Positions 36,919-46,971 of a DNA stretch of 64,000 nucleotides are shown here, piece after piece. The notes below the pieces were generated by a model. The model was not told the origin of the DNA, did no database searches, and saw only the letters and a program-made list of their open reading frames with translations. The stretch spans positions 2,112,001 through 2,176,000 of the forward strand of contig CBDBCY010000004.1 of assembly GCA_965203555.1 (NCBI GenBank), in the 5' to 3' direction. The stretch's first letter is position 1. Each line of letters opens with the position of its first letter. Origin of the DNA: Acidimicrobiia bacterium (lineage in GTDB: Bacteria; Actinomycetota; Acidimicrobiia; Spongiisociales; ZC4RG35). The position numbers were made by a program, and so were the translations under genes.

Positions 36919-39030
36919 TCAGCCCCGGAATGCTGATCGATTATCCGAGGTCAACAACAGGTTTCCATATTGATCGATGTTCACGTTGTAGCCGGGATGC
37001 ACAACCGTCGTAGAATCCGGTTCTTCGATTATGGCTGGACCGATCAGTGAAATGCCCTGAGCAAGCTTGTAACGGTCGAATATGGGGCATTCAATGTATC
37101 CGCCGCTCTCGTCGAAATAGACAGATCGGGTTCCCTTGTGTGCAGATTCCGACCCAGTTCCGCTGTTCCCGATTTCTCTCAGTCTAGGCTTGCGAATGTC
37201 GCCGAGGGCACTCAAACGTATGTTGACGATCTCTACGGGTTCACCTGGGACGCTGAACCCGTAAACCCGATCATGCTCTTTGGCGAACTGGTCGAGGATC
37301 TGATCCAAGTCGCTATGAGTGAGGACGCTATCTGGGAGGTCGAGGGAGAGCTCATAGCTCTGACCGACATAGCGCATTTCAGCGTAACGTCGAACTTGAA
37401 CATCCTCCTCCTTGACGCCTTCACGCCTAAGTAGGTCACGACCCTCTTCCTCCAACTCTCGAAAAAGCCCTTCGATGATCGTCAGATCAAGTCCCTCGAC
37501 GTTCTGCAGAACCGTTCTTGAGAAGTCGTGCTTCAGATCAGTCACGAGAAGTCCCAACGCCGAGAAGATGCCAGGGCTAAGCGGCACGATGGTGTGAGAA
37601 AACCCGAGTTCGATAGCGATTCGTCCACTGTGCACAGGACCGGCTCCACCAAAGGCGACGAGAGCGAATTCGCGCGGGTCATATCCACGTTGTATGGAGA
37701 TCAACCTCAGGGCATTCACCATTGCGGCATTGGCAATCTCCAAGATTCCGTAAGCTGCATCGATTAGGTCCATGCCTAACTGGGATGCCAGTCCTTCGAT
37801 CGCCTCCGAAGCCCTATCGACGTCGAGCTTTATCTCGCCGCCGAGGAAGTACTCGGGGTTCAGCCGTCCGAGGACGAGGTTGGCATCAGTCACCGTCGGC
37901 TCCAGGCCGCCCCAGCCGTAGCACGCCGGGCCCGGGTCAGCGCCGGCGCTTTTTGGCCCTACCCTCAGTGCACCGCCTGAATCCACCCAAGCGATTGATC
38001 CGCCGCCGGCCCCGATCTCAACCAGGTCAATGACAGGAGTACGAATCGGATAGCCCGAGCCGCGACCGCTCCCCATTCCCGGTCGGGCGGTTGCGCCCAC
38101 CTCGTAATCCTTTGTCACGTTCGGTACGCCATCCAGAATCAGGCCGACTTTTGCCGTGGTCCCGCCCATATCCAGCGAGATCATGTTGCTGAATCCGAGG
38201 GACTCTCCGAGGTAGGTCGCCGCCATGACTCCGGCGGCCGGCCCCGACTCCACCATGAATACCGGCTTCTCGGCCGCTACCTCGAACGTCTGCAGTCCCC
38301 CATTGCTTTGCATCACAAGGAGCTCACCTGTCATGCTTTCAGCTCGAAGGCGACTCTCGATACTCTCAAGATATCGCGAAACAACCGGGCGAATTCCAGC
38401 ATTGATCGTTGTGGTACTGGCGCGGAAATACTCCCGAAATTCTGGTGCCACCTCGCTCGAAAGCGATACGGCCGTCTCCGGAAGCATGGATCGTAGTATT
38501 TCGCCAACGGTCACCTCATGAACTGGATTGATATGTGCATGAAGAAGACACACAGCGATTGACTCGACTTCCTCCTCCTTTATCTTTCGGGCCACTGATT
38601 CGACATCTTCCACATGAATTGGAACGACAACATTGCCCGAGGCATCGAGGCGCTCTCGTATCTCAAAGCACAAATAGCGCGGTACCAACGGTCGAAGTTT
38701 CTCAAACCCAAGGTCATACAGTACGGGGCGATTCTGCCGTCCAATCTCAAGCATATCCCTGAATCCATCCGTCGTGATAAACGCAGATCTCGCCAGGGTA
38801 TTCTCAATAATTGCATTGGTAGCAACAGTCGTACCATGAACTAGATACGCTATAGAGCTTGGGTCCAGCTCATTGCGTTCCAATATCCGATTGGTCGCCT
38901 GCAGAAAACCAATCGATGGATCACGAGGAGTGGAAGTGACCTTGTCGATGAAAATCTCGCCAGTTGCTTCGTCAATCACGGTTGCATCTGTGAACGTGCC
39001 ACCAATGTCAATTCCAATCCGGCTTGTCAT
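36919..39030 (-). CDS. hyuA: Hydantoinase A / 5-oxoprolinase ATP-binding subunit
   Basis: GIDIGGTFTD, HGTTVATN, SGPAAG, DMGGTT, GP.SAGADPGPACYG, FGGAGP. Confidence 0.93.
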   Translation of the reverse strand: MTSRIGIDIGGTFTDATVIDEATGEIFIDKVTSTPRDPSIGFLQATNRILERNELDPSSIAYLVHGTTVATNAIIENTLARSAFITTDGFRDMLEIGRQNRPVLYDLGFEKLRPLVPRYLCFEIRERLDASGNVVVPIHVEDVESVARKIKEEEVESIAVCLLHAHINPVHEVTVGEILRSMLPETAVSLSSEVAPEFREYFRASTTTINAGIRPVVSRYLESIESRLRAESMTGELLVMQSNGGLQTFEVAAEKPVFMVESGPAAGVMAATYLGESLGFSNMISLDMGGTTAKVGLILDGVPNVTKDYEVGATARPGMGSGRGSGYPIRTPVIDLVEIGAGGGSIAWVDSGGALRVGPKSAGADPGPACYGWGGLEPTVTDANLVLGRLNPEYFLGGEIKLDVDRASEAIEGLASQLGMDLIDAAYGILEIANAAMVNALRLISIQRGYDPREFALVAFGGAGPVHSGRIAIELGFSHTIVPLSPGIFSALGLLVTDLKHDFSRTVLQNVEGLDLTIIEGLFRELEEEGRDLLRREGVKEEDVQVRRYAEMRYVGQSYELSLDLPDSVLTHSDLDQILDQFAKEHDRVYGFSVPGEPVEIVNIRLSALGDIRKPRLREIGNSGTGSESAHKGTRSVYFDESGGYIECPIFDRYKLAQGISLIGPAIIEEPDSTTVVHPGYNVNIDQYGNLLLTSDNRSAFRG

Positions 39031-39073
39031 GCTCGCCTTGCTCTCATCCAATCAGGTCGTGAAGGAAGCGTCC

Positions 39074-40804
39074 TCACTGCTTATCCACGTCACTGGTACT
39101 CCTAAGAACCCTGGTTTGCTCTTCGTCTATGACCAGATTCTTGGGATCAATCGCCACGCGGTAGACCTCTCGTGCTCTCTCGACACTGACTTTTCCGGCT
39201 CTTACGTCGGCAAGAACCCTGACCGGATCCCTCTCGTTCGGCGGGCCAAAGCCCCCACCGCCACAGGTTCGGTAACTGACGAGGTCCCCTGGCTTCAACT
39301 GCAAAGTTGACTTGGCGCCGACCGTGCTGGTCTCGCCTTCCGAGACGAGAAGGTACTCGGCCTTAGCTCCCGGAAGTCCTCCGAACAGCCCGTGTGGGCC
39401 CCAGCGATCCCGGTCGGCGAGGACTGTGAAGGACGCCTCATGATCGAGGAAAAGATAGTCACGTCGTAGCCCAAGTCCCCCCCTGTGTCTTCCCGCACCC
39501 TCTGAGTTCTCTACCAACTCATACCGAACGATCCTGACGGGGTAACTCGATTCGGTCTCCTCGATCGGAGCGTTCTCGGTGTTCTTTCCATGGCATTGGA
39601 CTGCGTCGGGACCGTCACTCTTAGCCCTACCCCCGTAACCGCCGGCGAGCGTCTCAAGGAAGCAGTAATACTCGCCAGTACGAGGGTCCTCGCCGCCAAA
39701 CCCGGCGTGGCAGATCATCCCCTCTGTCCCTGCGGGAATCATCTCAGGCAGTGCGGGAGACAACGCCTTGAAAATGATGTCAGTGAGTCTCATCTGAGTT
39801 TCCCATCCCCCCACTACGGGCGCAGGGTACACGCAATTCACTACGGACCCTGCGGGTGCGTTTATGCGTACTGCGCCGTAGAATCCCGCATTCACCGGCA
39901 CATCGGGATCGGTCAATGCCTTGAGGACGTACGCACACGTCGCGAACGTCATCGCGAACGTAGCGTTCACTGGCGCTTTCCGCTGACGATCCGAGCCATC
40001 GAAATCAAAAAGCACACCGTCGTCATCGACGACAACCTTGACGGCAAGTCGAACAGGATCATCCGTGTATCCGTCAGTATCCACGTAGCCCTCTGCCGTG
40101 AAAACGCCACGCGGAAGCGCTCCCACCTCGACTCGAATACGCTGTTCCGTGTAGGACAGAAGCTGTTCGATCCCAGTCTCGACTACTTCAGGGCCGAAAC
40201 GGTCCAGCAATGCCGTGAGCCTATGGATTCCAGCTTGATTCGAGGCGATCTGAGCACGAAAGTCGCCCGCGACCTCCCGCTTCGAGCGTATCTGAGACAG
40301 AATGAGTTGGAAGATCTCGTCAACGACCTCTCCGCTACGCACCAATTTCAGAGGCGGGATGATCACCCCCTCTTGGAATAACTCCGTAAATGCTCCGATA
40401 CTGGATGGAGCTCCTCCGCCGACGTCAACGTGATGGGCGATGTTGGCTACATATCCGAGTCGACGATTCTTGTACCACACCGGAGAAATGAGGGTCACAT
40501 CGTTCAGGTGTCCTCCACCGATGTAAGGGTGATTCAAGACGATGCTATCGCCAGGCCCAATGTTGTCAGCACCGTATTCGCGGATGGCGTTGGGCACCAC
40601 TTCGACGGCCGATCCAAGGTGGGTCGGCTGGGCGAACGACTGAGCGACCACGCGAAGGTGCTCGTCATACAGGGCGCATGAGAAATCGGCTCTCGTCTTG
40701 ATGTTCGTGGAATACGCGCTTCGCCTTACGGTGGCGCTCATTTCTTCGGTGATCTCGAGCAGGGCATTTCGAATCACCTCAAACCGAATCGGGTCCAGCC
40801 TCAT
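39074..40804 (-). CDS. hyuB: Hydantoinase B / 5-oxoprolinase subunit
   Basis: LDPIRFEVIRNAL, DFSCAL, NHPY.GGGHLND, HH.DVGG, GGGGFG.P.ERDP; start could be slightly upstream. Confidence 0.93.
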   Translation of the reverse strand: MRLDPIRFEVIRNALLEITEEMSATVRRSAYSTNIKTRADFSCALYDEHLRVVAQSFAQPTHLGSAVEVVPNAIREYGADNIGPGDSIVLNHPYIGGGHLNDVTLISPVWYKNRRLGYVANIAHHVDVGGGAPSSIGAFTELFQEGVIIPPLKLVRSGEVVDEIFQLILSQIRSKREVAGDFRAQIASNQAGIHRLTALLDRFGPEVVETGIEQLLSYTEQRIRVEVGALPRGVFTAEGYVDTDGYTDDPVRLAVKVVVDDDGVLFDFDGSDRQRKAPVNATFAMTFATCAYVLKALTDPDVPVNAGFYGAVRINAPAGSVVNCVYPAPVVGGWETQMRLTDIIFKALSPALPEMIPAGTEGMICHAGFGGEDPRTGEYYCFLETLAGGYGGRAKSDGPDAVQCHGKNTENAPIEETESSYPVRIVRYELVENSEGAGRHRGGLGLRRDYLFLDHEASFTVLADRDRWGPHGLFGGLPGAKAEYLLVSEGETSTVGAKSTLQLKPGDLVSYRTCGGGGFGPPNERDPVRVLADVRAGKVSVERAREVYRVAIDPKNLVIDEEQTRVLRSTSDVDKQ

Positions 40805-41100
40805 ATCAAGATCAATCACTTTGACTCTCCGGGCGATTGTGACTGCCGATTTAGTGTACCGGATCATCTCAGCGACGCCCCCCAGGCGCACCTCGACCGG
40901 CCTGTTCGACGCTCGTCCACGTCTCCGTACCCCCAGGCTGGGTTACAAAGGGGGATGTGCCCAAGAAATAATGCCCCTGCCAGGGAAGAATTGATAGACC
41001 CGGTTATATATTTGGAATTGGAGGTCGGCTGATCTGCCGACCCAGGTCACTTTTAAAGTCGAGTGCTGGCCCGACGAGCACCCGGCGGGAAGGATAAGCA

Positions 41101-42810
41101 ATGAAGAATTTTAAAGTAGCCATTGCCTTTGTGGCTGTCTTGGCGTTGCTGGCTGCGGCCTGCGGCGACGACGGGGACGAAGCGGCAGATGCTGTTGCTG
41201 AGACGACGGCGGCCCCTGAAACGACGGCGGCCCCTGAGACGACGGCGGCCCCTGAGACGACGGCGGCCCCTGAGACAAGCGCCGATTCAGAGGCTCGGCA
41301 GGGAGGGACTCTCGTAGTAGCGCTGGAAGCAACGATTAGCACTCTCGATCCACATCGGAGTTCGGGAGGACAGACGCATGAAGTCAACGAGCAGATCTTT
41401 GAGAAGCTCATTACTGCCGATTACACCGCTCCAAACGATGGCGGCCCGCCCGAGATCGTGCCGCGGCTAGCCACCGAGTGGGAGTCGAGTACGGATGGCT
41501 TGGTCCACACATTCTCACTGCGCGAGGGTGTGACCTTCCATGATGGGACGCCCTTCAATGCGGAAGCCGTCGAATTCAATGTGCGCAGGGTGTGGGATCC
41601 AAGCTTCGATCATTACATCGGAGAAGGACTGTCAGGGCTTGCCGCGACAGTATTCCAGAATCTCGAGGCTGTCGAAGTCGTTGATGAATTCACCGTTCAG
41701 TTCGTCCTGTCAGCACCCTTCGGGTTCTTCATTGAGAAGTTCGCCACCACAACCGGTCTGGGTCATCCATGGATGATTAGCCCCGCAGCTGTTATTGAGT
41801 ATGGCGAAGAGGTCGCGGATCATCCCGTTGGCACCGGTCCCTTCAAGTTCGTCGAGTGGGTAAGAGGACAGCACTTGACTCTGGAGGCAAACCGGGACTA
41901 TTGGAGGACTCCCCATCCCTACGTGGATGAACTGATATTCCGACCGATTGAAGATGCGTCTGGTCGTGTCAACGCCCTGAGGGCCGGCGAAGTCGACATG
42001 ATCCGTGTCGTGCCTCCGGATCAGATACCTGCGCTTGAAGGCGACGGTTTCAAGATTGCATCGGGCCCGACTCCGCATCTTTGGTACATAGAATTCCAGC
42101 ACAGGCGGCCACCCTTCAACGATGCGAGAGTTCGACAAGCCGTCAATCTGGCGATCGACAGGGAGGGCATGGCGACGGACCTGCTTGTCGGTACGGTTGA
42201 GCCGGCTATCTGCTTCTGCTCCTCTACGTCGGCGACATTCAACCCTGTACCAGATTGGGCGGGGTATGAGTACGACCCGGAGCGAGCGCGCCAACTCCTT
42301 GCCGAAGCAGGCTATGAGGATGGGTTTGACGCGGTGTTCGAGACATCGACATCGGGATCCGGACAGATCTTGCCTGTACAGATGGCTGAATGGATTCAGC
42401 AAGACCTGGCCGCAATCGGCATAGATCTGGAGCTTCGTACTTACGAATGGAATACGTACGTTGGCCGGTGGTACACAGGTATGCCGGATGACGTCGATAT
42501 GAACCAGATATCGTGGGGGGATAACTCCGACTACTGGCTGTATGAGTCCACGTCACCGTCTGCAGGTATCAACTCGGGAGGGCTGGTGGATGAGGAATTT
42601 GACTCGCTCTTGATAGCTGCCAATGAAGCTGCAAGTCAGGAAGAAGCCAGTGAATTCATCGAAGCAGCCGCTCGTAGAGGTCACGAACTTGCCTTCCATG
42701 CTCCCATCGTGTCAGATACTTTCCCTGTCGCGATGGCGGCGGAAGTCAACGGCTTCATTCGAGCCGGGGACTGGGTTGTGGACTACTCCATTGTGTGGCT
42801 TGACCGTTGA
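41101..42810 (+). CDS. ABC transporter substrate-binding lipoprotein, family 5 (Dpp/Opp)
   Basis: Lipobox LAAAC, LREGVTFHDGTPFNAEAV, PVGTGPF, RVRQAVNLAIDR. Confidence 0.93.
   Translation: MKNFKVAIAFVAVLALLAAACGDDGDEAADAVAETTAAPETTAAPETTAAPETTAAPETSADSEARQGGTLVVALEATISTLDPHRSSGGQTHEVNEQIFEKLITADYTAPNDGGPPEIVPRLATEWESSTDGLVHTFSLREGVTFHDGTPFNAEAVEFNVRRVWDPSFDHYIGEGLSGLAATVFQNLEAVEVVDEFTVQFVLSAPFGFFIEKFATTTGLGHPWMISPAAVIEYGEEVADHPVGTGPFKFVEWVRGQHLTLEANRDYWRTPHPYVDELIFRPIEDASGRVNALRAGEVDMIRVVPPDQIPALEGDGFKIASGPTPHLWYIEFQHRRPPFNDARVRQAVNLAIDREGMATDLLVGTVEPAICFCSSTSATFNPVPDWAGYEYDPERARQLLAEAGYEDGFDAVFETSTSGSGQILPVQMAEWIQQDLAAIGIDLELRTYEWNTYVGRWYTGMPDDVDMNQISWGDNSDYWLYESTSPSAGINSGGLVDEEFDSLLIAANEAASQEEASEFIEAAARRGHELAFHAPIVSDTFPVAMAAEVNGFIRAGDWVVDYSIVWLDR
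41200..41276 (+). repeat. 18-bp coding tandem repeat x4+ (ETTAAP linker)
   Basis: GAGACGACGGCGGCCCCT near-perfect copies. Confidence 0.9.
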
Positions 42811-42835
42811 TAGTTGACTCAAGTCTGTCTCGTAA

Positions 42836-42870
42836 TCGCATGGGATGGGGCCTAGCTCCATCCCATGCGA
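42836..42870 (+). terminator. Intercistronic stem-loop after the SBP gene
   Basis: Perfect 13-bp inverted repeat TCGCATGGGATGG...CCATCCCATGCGA with no U-tract. Confidence 0.65.
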
Positions 42871-43044
42871 GAGCGGTCATCCACAGTTGCTCAGGGGACC
42901 GGAGCATGGTGGCAATCCTCCGATGACAGAGGGTGCAGGTGGTTCCAGTTCAGCCCAGCGGGCACTTGATGAACCGGGGCCCTCTAAGCTAAACCACTTC
43001 TCCACGTTCTGTGGCAGCCTTGAGGAAACGACTGAGTTATCAGC

Positions 43045-44013
43045 GTGATAATACGAATGATAGGCAGGCGGGCGCTTGCTATCTTTCCGATGCTGGTCGG
43101 TATCTCGGTTGTCGGGTTCCTTCTCATGAAGCTAGTGCCAGGGGATCCAAGTTCCTTCCTTCTTGGTCCCTTTGCTGGACCAGAGGCTCGTGAAGCGCTG
43201 CTTAGGAGTCTGGGATGGGACCAGCCTTGGCCGGTACAGTATGTGAAATGGCTCGGTCTCTTCGTTCAAGGTGATTTTGGTACGTCTGTTAGATACCAGA
43301 CACCCGTCTCAGAGATCTTCGGACAAGCAGTTGTAAACAGCGCGATCTTGGTTGCCTTGAGTTTTGCCATAGCGTTCCTTCTCGGCTTCTTTGGTGGGAT
43401 CCTGGCAGCAGTGAAGCGCTTTTCTCCGGTTGACAGAATCATGACTACACTCGCTGTCGTACTGGCGAGTTCCCCGGTGTACTGGCTCGGCCTGGTTCTT
43501 GTGTGGATTTTCAGTGTAAGGCTGGGAATTTTCCCTGTGTCAGGGATGGGCACGGTGAGAGCCGAGTCAGACGTAGTGGACTTGCTCCACCACGCCGCTC
43601 TTCCATCAGTGACGGCTGCCCTGATTCCGATGGCAGTGATCTTCCGTTTGACGAGGTCCGAGCTAGCTCATGCATTGGATCAACCGTACATTCAGGCAGC
43701 GAGAGCAAGAGGTCTAAGCGAAGCCTCTATCGTGTTTCGTCACGGTGTTAGAAACATCGTGGCCCCCATCGCAAACGTGAGCGGTTTACAGCTTGGATTT
43801 ATATTCACGGCCACTTTGTTCGTTGAGGTCGTCTTTGCATGGCCGGGTGTGGGCTTTCTCGTCTTTCAGGCGATTGCGGCGCGAGACATACCCGTCATCC
43901 AGACTGTGGTATTGTTCACCGGTCTCTTGTTCGTTGCGATCAGTCTCGTCAGCGACGTTATTCAAGGACTGGTCGACCCGCGAACGACGGCCTCGGTCGG
44001 TGCTGGAACGTGA
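43045..44013 (+). CDS. Peptide ABC permease (DppB-like)
   Basis: PGDP, GDFGTS, EAA loop YIQAARARGLS. Confidence 0.92.
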   Translation: MIIRMIGRRALAIFPMLVGISVVGFLLMKLVPGDPSSFLLGPFAGPEAREALLRSLGWDQPWPVQYVKWLGLFVQGDFGTSVRYQTPVSEIFGQAVVNSAILVALSFAIAFLLGFFGGILAAVKRFSPVDRIMTTLAVVLASSPVYWLGLVLVWIFSVRLGIFPVSGMGTVRAESDVVDLLHHAALPSVTAALIPMAVIFRLTRSELAHALDQPYIQAARARGLSEASIVFRHGVRNIVAPIANVSGLQLGFIFTATLFVEVVFAWPGVGFLVFQAIAARDIPVIQTVVLFTGLLFVAISLVSDVIQGLVDPRTTASVGAGT

Positions 44014-44060
44014 AGCCATCAGTTTCAGAACACCGTCGAGCCTGAATTCGGCGAAGAGCA

Positions 44061-45008
44061 ATGAGCAAAGAGGGAGATGTGCTGGAAGGAGCGGTAACTC
44101 GAGACAAAGGGACCCGGCAGCCTGATCCGCTCACGACAACGCAAACCGGACAGTTCAGACTCATTGTCCGGACGTTCGCCCGTGACCGGCTTGCACTTGC
44201 CGGCCTGATCCTCATTGTTGTTGTTGTGGCTGCTTCGTTCGGCGCCGGTCTCCTAACCCCCTACGACCCAAATGAAGCTCATAGAGAAGTCGGGCGTTAT
44301 GCCCCTTTGGGAACCCCGGGCCATTTCTTGGGAACCGACGGACAGGCACGGGATGTGTTCACAAGGCTTCTCTGGGGGGGACGGGTTTCAATTCCGGTAG
44401 CAGTCATACCTGTTCTCGGCGCGTTGGCAGCCTCGCTCGCGATAGGGCTGATGGCAGCTTTTTCGGCAAGCTGGATTGGTGGTCTGGCGATGAGGGTCCT
44501 GGACGTGATGTTCGCGTTCCCTCCTGTGCTGCTGGCCATAGCAGTAGCGACAATCTTGACACCAGGCATGATGAACGTGATGCTTGCAATCGGCGTGGTA
44601 TCCATCCCGTATTTGACCCGCGTGGTGTTTGTCGAGGCGGTTTCAGTTCGCGGTAGTGACTACTTGAGAGCAGCGCAGGTAGCCGGCACCCCTCGAAGGA
44701 GGAAGCTACTGCGGGAGGTGCTTCCCAATGTGATTCCGCCTGTCATCATTTACGCATCGACGGGAGTGGGAGGGATGATCGTCATGGCGGCTGGTCTCAG
44801 TTTTCTTGGGGTTGGTGTTCAACCTCCGACTTCCGACTGGGGAATCATGACCGCTGACGGACGAGTGGTTCTGCAGGAGCTGCCCCATATCGCAACCATT
44901 CCAGGGCTCTTGATCATTGTCGTAGCACTCGCTTTCAACGTTGTTGGAGACGGCCTCAGGGACGCTCTCGATCCGAGACATAGGACGAGGACGTGGACAA
45001 CCGGATAA
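44061..45008 (+). CDS. Peptide ABC permease (DppC-like)
   Basis: HFLGTDGQARD, LSFLGVGVQPP.SDWG, GDGLRDALDP. Confidence 0.92.
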   Translation: MSKEGDVLEGAVTRDKGTRQPDPLTTTQTGQFRLIVRTFARDRLALAGLILIVVVVAASFGAGLLTPYDPNEAHREVGRYAPLGTPGHFLGTDGQARDVFTRLLWGGRVSIPVAVIPVLGALAASLAIGLMAAFSASWIGGLAMRVLDVMFAFPPVLLAIAVATILTPGMMNVMLAIGVVSIPYLTRVVFVEAVSVRGSDYLRAAQVAGTPRRRKLLREVLPNVIPPVIIYASTGVGGMIVMAAGLSFLGVGVQPPTSDWGIMTADGRVVLQELPHIATIPGLLIIVVALAFNVVGDGLRDALDPRHRTRTWTTG

Positions 45009-46045
45009 GCGAAACCACGGACTCTGTCGTATTGAGCAGATCATCAATGCTCGAAGACAATGGGGGCGGGGCCCTTCTCGAGGTCGACGATCTTCACACG
45101 CACTTCTTCTTACCGAATGGTGTCTTGAAGGCGGTTGACGGGATGAATCTGGAGGTTGAGCGCGGTGAAGTGGTTGCTGTTGTCGGGGAGTCAGGATCAG
45201 GCAAGAGCGTAACCGCATTGTCCATTCTTAGGCTCATTCCGCAGCATCAGGGTCGAATAGTCGACGGTCGGGTGATGTTCAAAGGACATGACCTGATGAA
45301 AAAGAGCAATAGAGAGATGCAAGAGATTCGAGGCAAGCAGATCGGGATGATCTTTCAAAACCCTTACGCCGCGCTAAATCCGGTAATTCGCCTTGGCGAT
45401 CAGCTCATCGAAACAGCCAGGAAGCACCGAGCAGTGACTAAAGACGAGGGTCTGGAATTGAGCCTTGAACTACTATCGTACCTTGATCTTGAGGACCCGG
45501 AGCGGATTGTTAGGTTGCGCCCCTTTCAGGTAAGCGGAGGTATCAATCAGCGCATCATGCTCGCGCTTGCATTGATAGGTGAGCCGCAACTATTGATAGC
45601 TGACGAGCCAACGACGATGCTTGATTCGATCACTCAAGTCGAGATACTCGAGCTCATTGATCGGGTACAGCGTGAAACGAGGATGTCGGTTCTTCTAATA
45701 AGCCATGATCTCGGCGTCGTAGCTCAGGCATCTGATCGAGTGGTGGTGATGTACATGGGCCAGCGAGTGGAACAGGCATCAACTGGCGAGATTCTCACCT
45801 CTCCGAAGCACCCATACACAATCGCCCTTAGAGATTCCGTTCCTGATCTGGAGACTAAAGGGAAGCGACTCCCTCAAATTCAGGGTAGCCTACCCGATCC
45901 TCAGAATCTCCCTCGAGGTTGCAGATTCGCTCCGAGATGCCCGCATGCCATGGAGAGGTGCTTTCAATCCTCGCCTCCAGAATTCAGGCTAGCCGATGAC
46001 ACCCTAGTGAAGTGTTGGCTCTTTGAAACAGGTTCACCGGCATGA
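44993..46045 (+). CDS. Peptide ABC ATPase (DppD-like)
   Basis: GESGSGKS, IADEPTT, GCRFAPRCP; alternative start 45047. Confidence 0.92.
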   Translation: MDNRISETTDSVVLSRSSMLEDNGGGALLEVDDLHTHFFLPNGVLKAVDGMNLEVERGEVVAVVGESGSGKSVTALSILRLIPQHQGRIVDGRVMFKGHDLMKKSNREMQEIRGKQIGMIFQNPYAALNPVIRLGDQLIETARKHRAVTKDEGLELSLELLSYLDLEDPERIVRLRPFQVSGGINQRIMLALALIGEPQLLIADEPTTMLDSITQVEILELIDRVQRETRMSVLLISHDLGVVAQASDRVVVMYMGQRVEQASTGEILTSPKHPYTIALRDSVPDLETKGKRLPQIQGSLPDPQNLPRGCRFAPRCPHAMERCFQSSPPEFRLADDTLVKCWLFETGSPA

Positions 46046-46869
46046 GTGAGCACTCGTCTCTCCTTCAGGTCACTGACGTATCAAAGGAGTTCCAAGGGTA
46101 CAAGGGCCGCAACTTTGTCGCAGTCAAGAACGCCAATCTTCAAATACTGCGAGGCGAGACGTTCGGTCTCGTCGGGCAGTCGGGTGGCGGGAAGACCACT
46201 TTGGGATTGATGATCATGGGACTGGTCAGACCAACCTCCGGCGAGATCAGATACCGAGGCCAGCCGATCACGGGAGTCTCCGAAAAGGCATTGAGGCCAC
46301 TCCGAAGAGAGATTCAGATGGTTTCGCAGAATCCGTTGGAGGCTTTGAATCCGGTCAAGACCGTTGGGCAGTCAATCGAGTTACCACTGATCAACTTCGG
46401 CTTCTCCCGGCAACATCGCCGGAAACGCGTTGCCGAAGTCTTGAACCTGGTTGGCCTCAAAAGTGCAGACGCAGACCGATACCCTCATGAATTCAGCGGC
46501 GGGCAAGCGCAGAGAATCTGCATTGCTAGAGCCCTGGTAATCAAGCCGCGGTTTGTTTTCCTGGACGAGCCGGTGTCGTCTCTGGATGTCTCGATCCAAG
46601 CGCAGGTTCTGAATCTGCTCATGGATCTCCAAGAGGAGCTCGGTTTGACCTATTTGTTCGTTGCACATGACATAGGCGTTGTCAGTTTCATCAGTGATCG
46701 GATAGCGGTGATGCAACGAGGGATAATATTGGAGTCTGGAGCCACAAGAGACGTCATATCCAATCCACAATCTGATTACACAAAAGCGCTTCTTGATAGT
46801 GTAGTCAACGTGCCAAAGAGAACCAGTCTCAGAGAGACTGGAGAGACTCTGCAAGACAACCGCGAGTGA
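46042..46869 (+). CDS. Peptide ABC ATPase (DppF-like)
   Basis: GQSGGGKT, YPHEFSGGQAQR, DEPVSSLDVSIQAQ. Confidence 0.92.
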   Translation: MSEHSSLLQVTDVSKEFQGYKGRNFVAVKNANLQILRGETFGLVGQSGGGKTTLGLMIMGLVRPTSGEIRYRGQPITGVSEKALRPLRREIQMVSQNPLEALNPVKTVGQSIELPLINFGFSRQHRRKRVAEVLNLVGLKSADADRYPHEFSGGQAQRICIARALVIKPRFVFLDEPVSSLDVSIQAQVLNLLMDLQEELGLTYLFVAHDIGVVSFISDRIAVMQRGIILESGATRDVISNPQSDYTKALLDSVVNVPKRTSLRETGETLQDNRE

Positions 46870-46971
46870 TTCGTGCTGTAAGGAAAACAGAATGCATGCC
46901 AGCGTTGCACAAGTGAATAGCATAAGATCGGAAAGACGGCCAGCTATCCATCTCGCCTGTGAAAGAGTAGG

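Noticed and set aside
41200-41276. 18-bp repeat as a regulatory array
   Set aside because: In-frame ETTAAP linker following the lipoprotein Cys.
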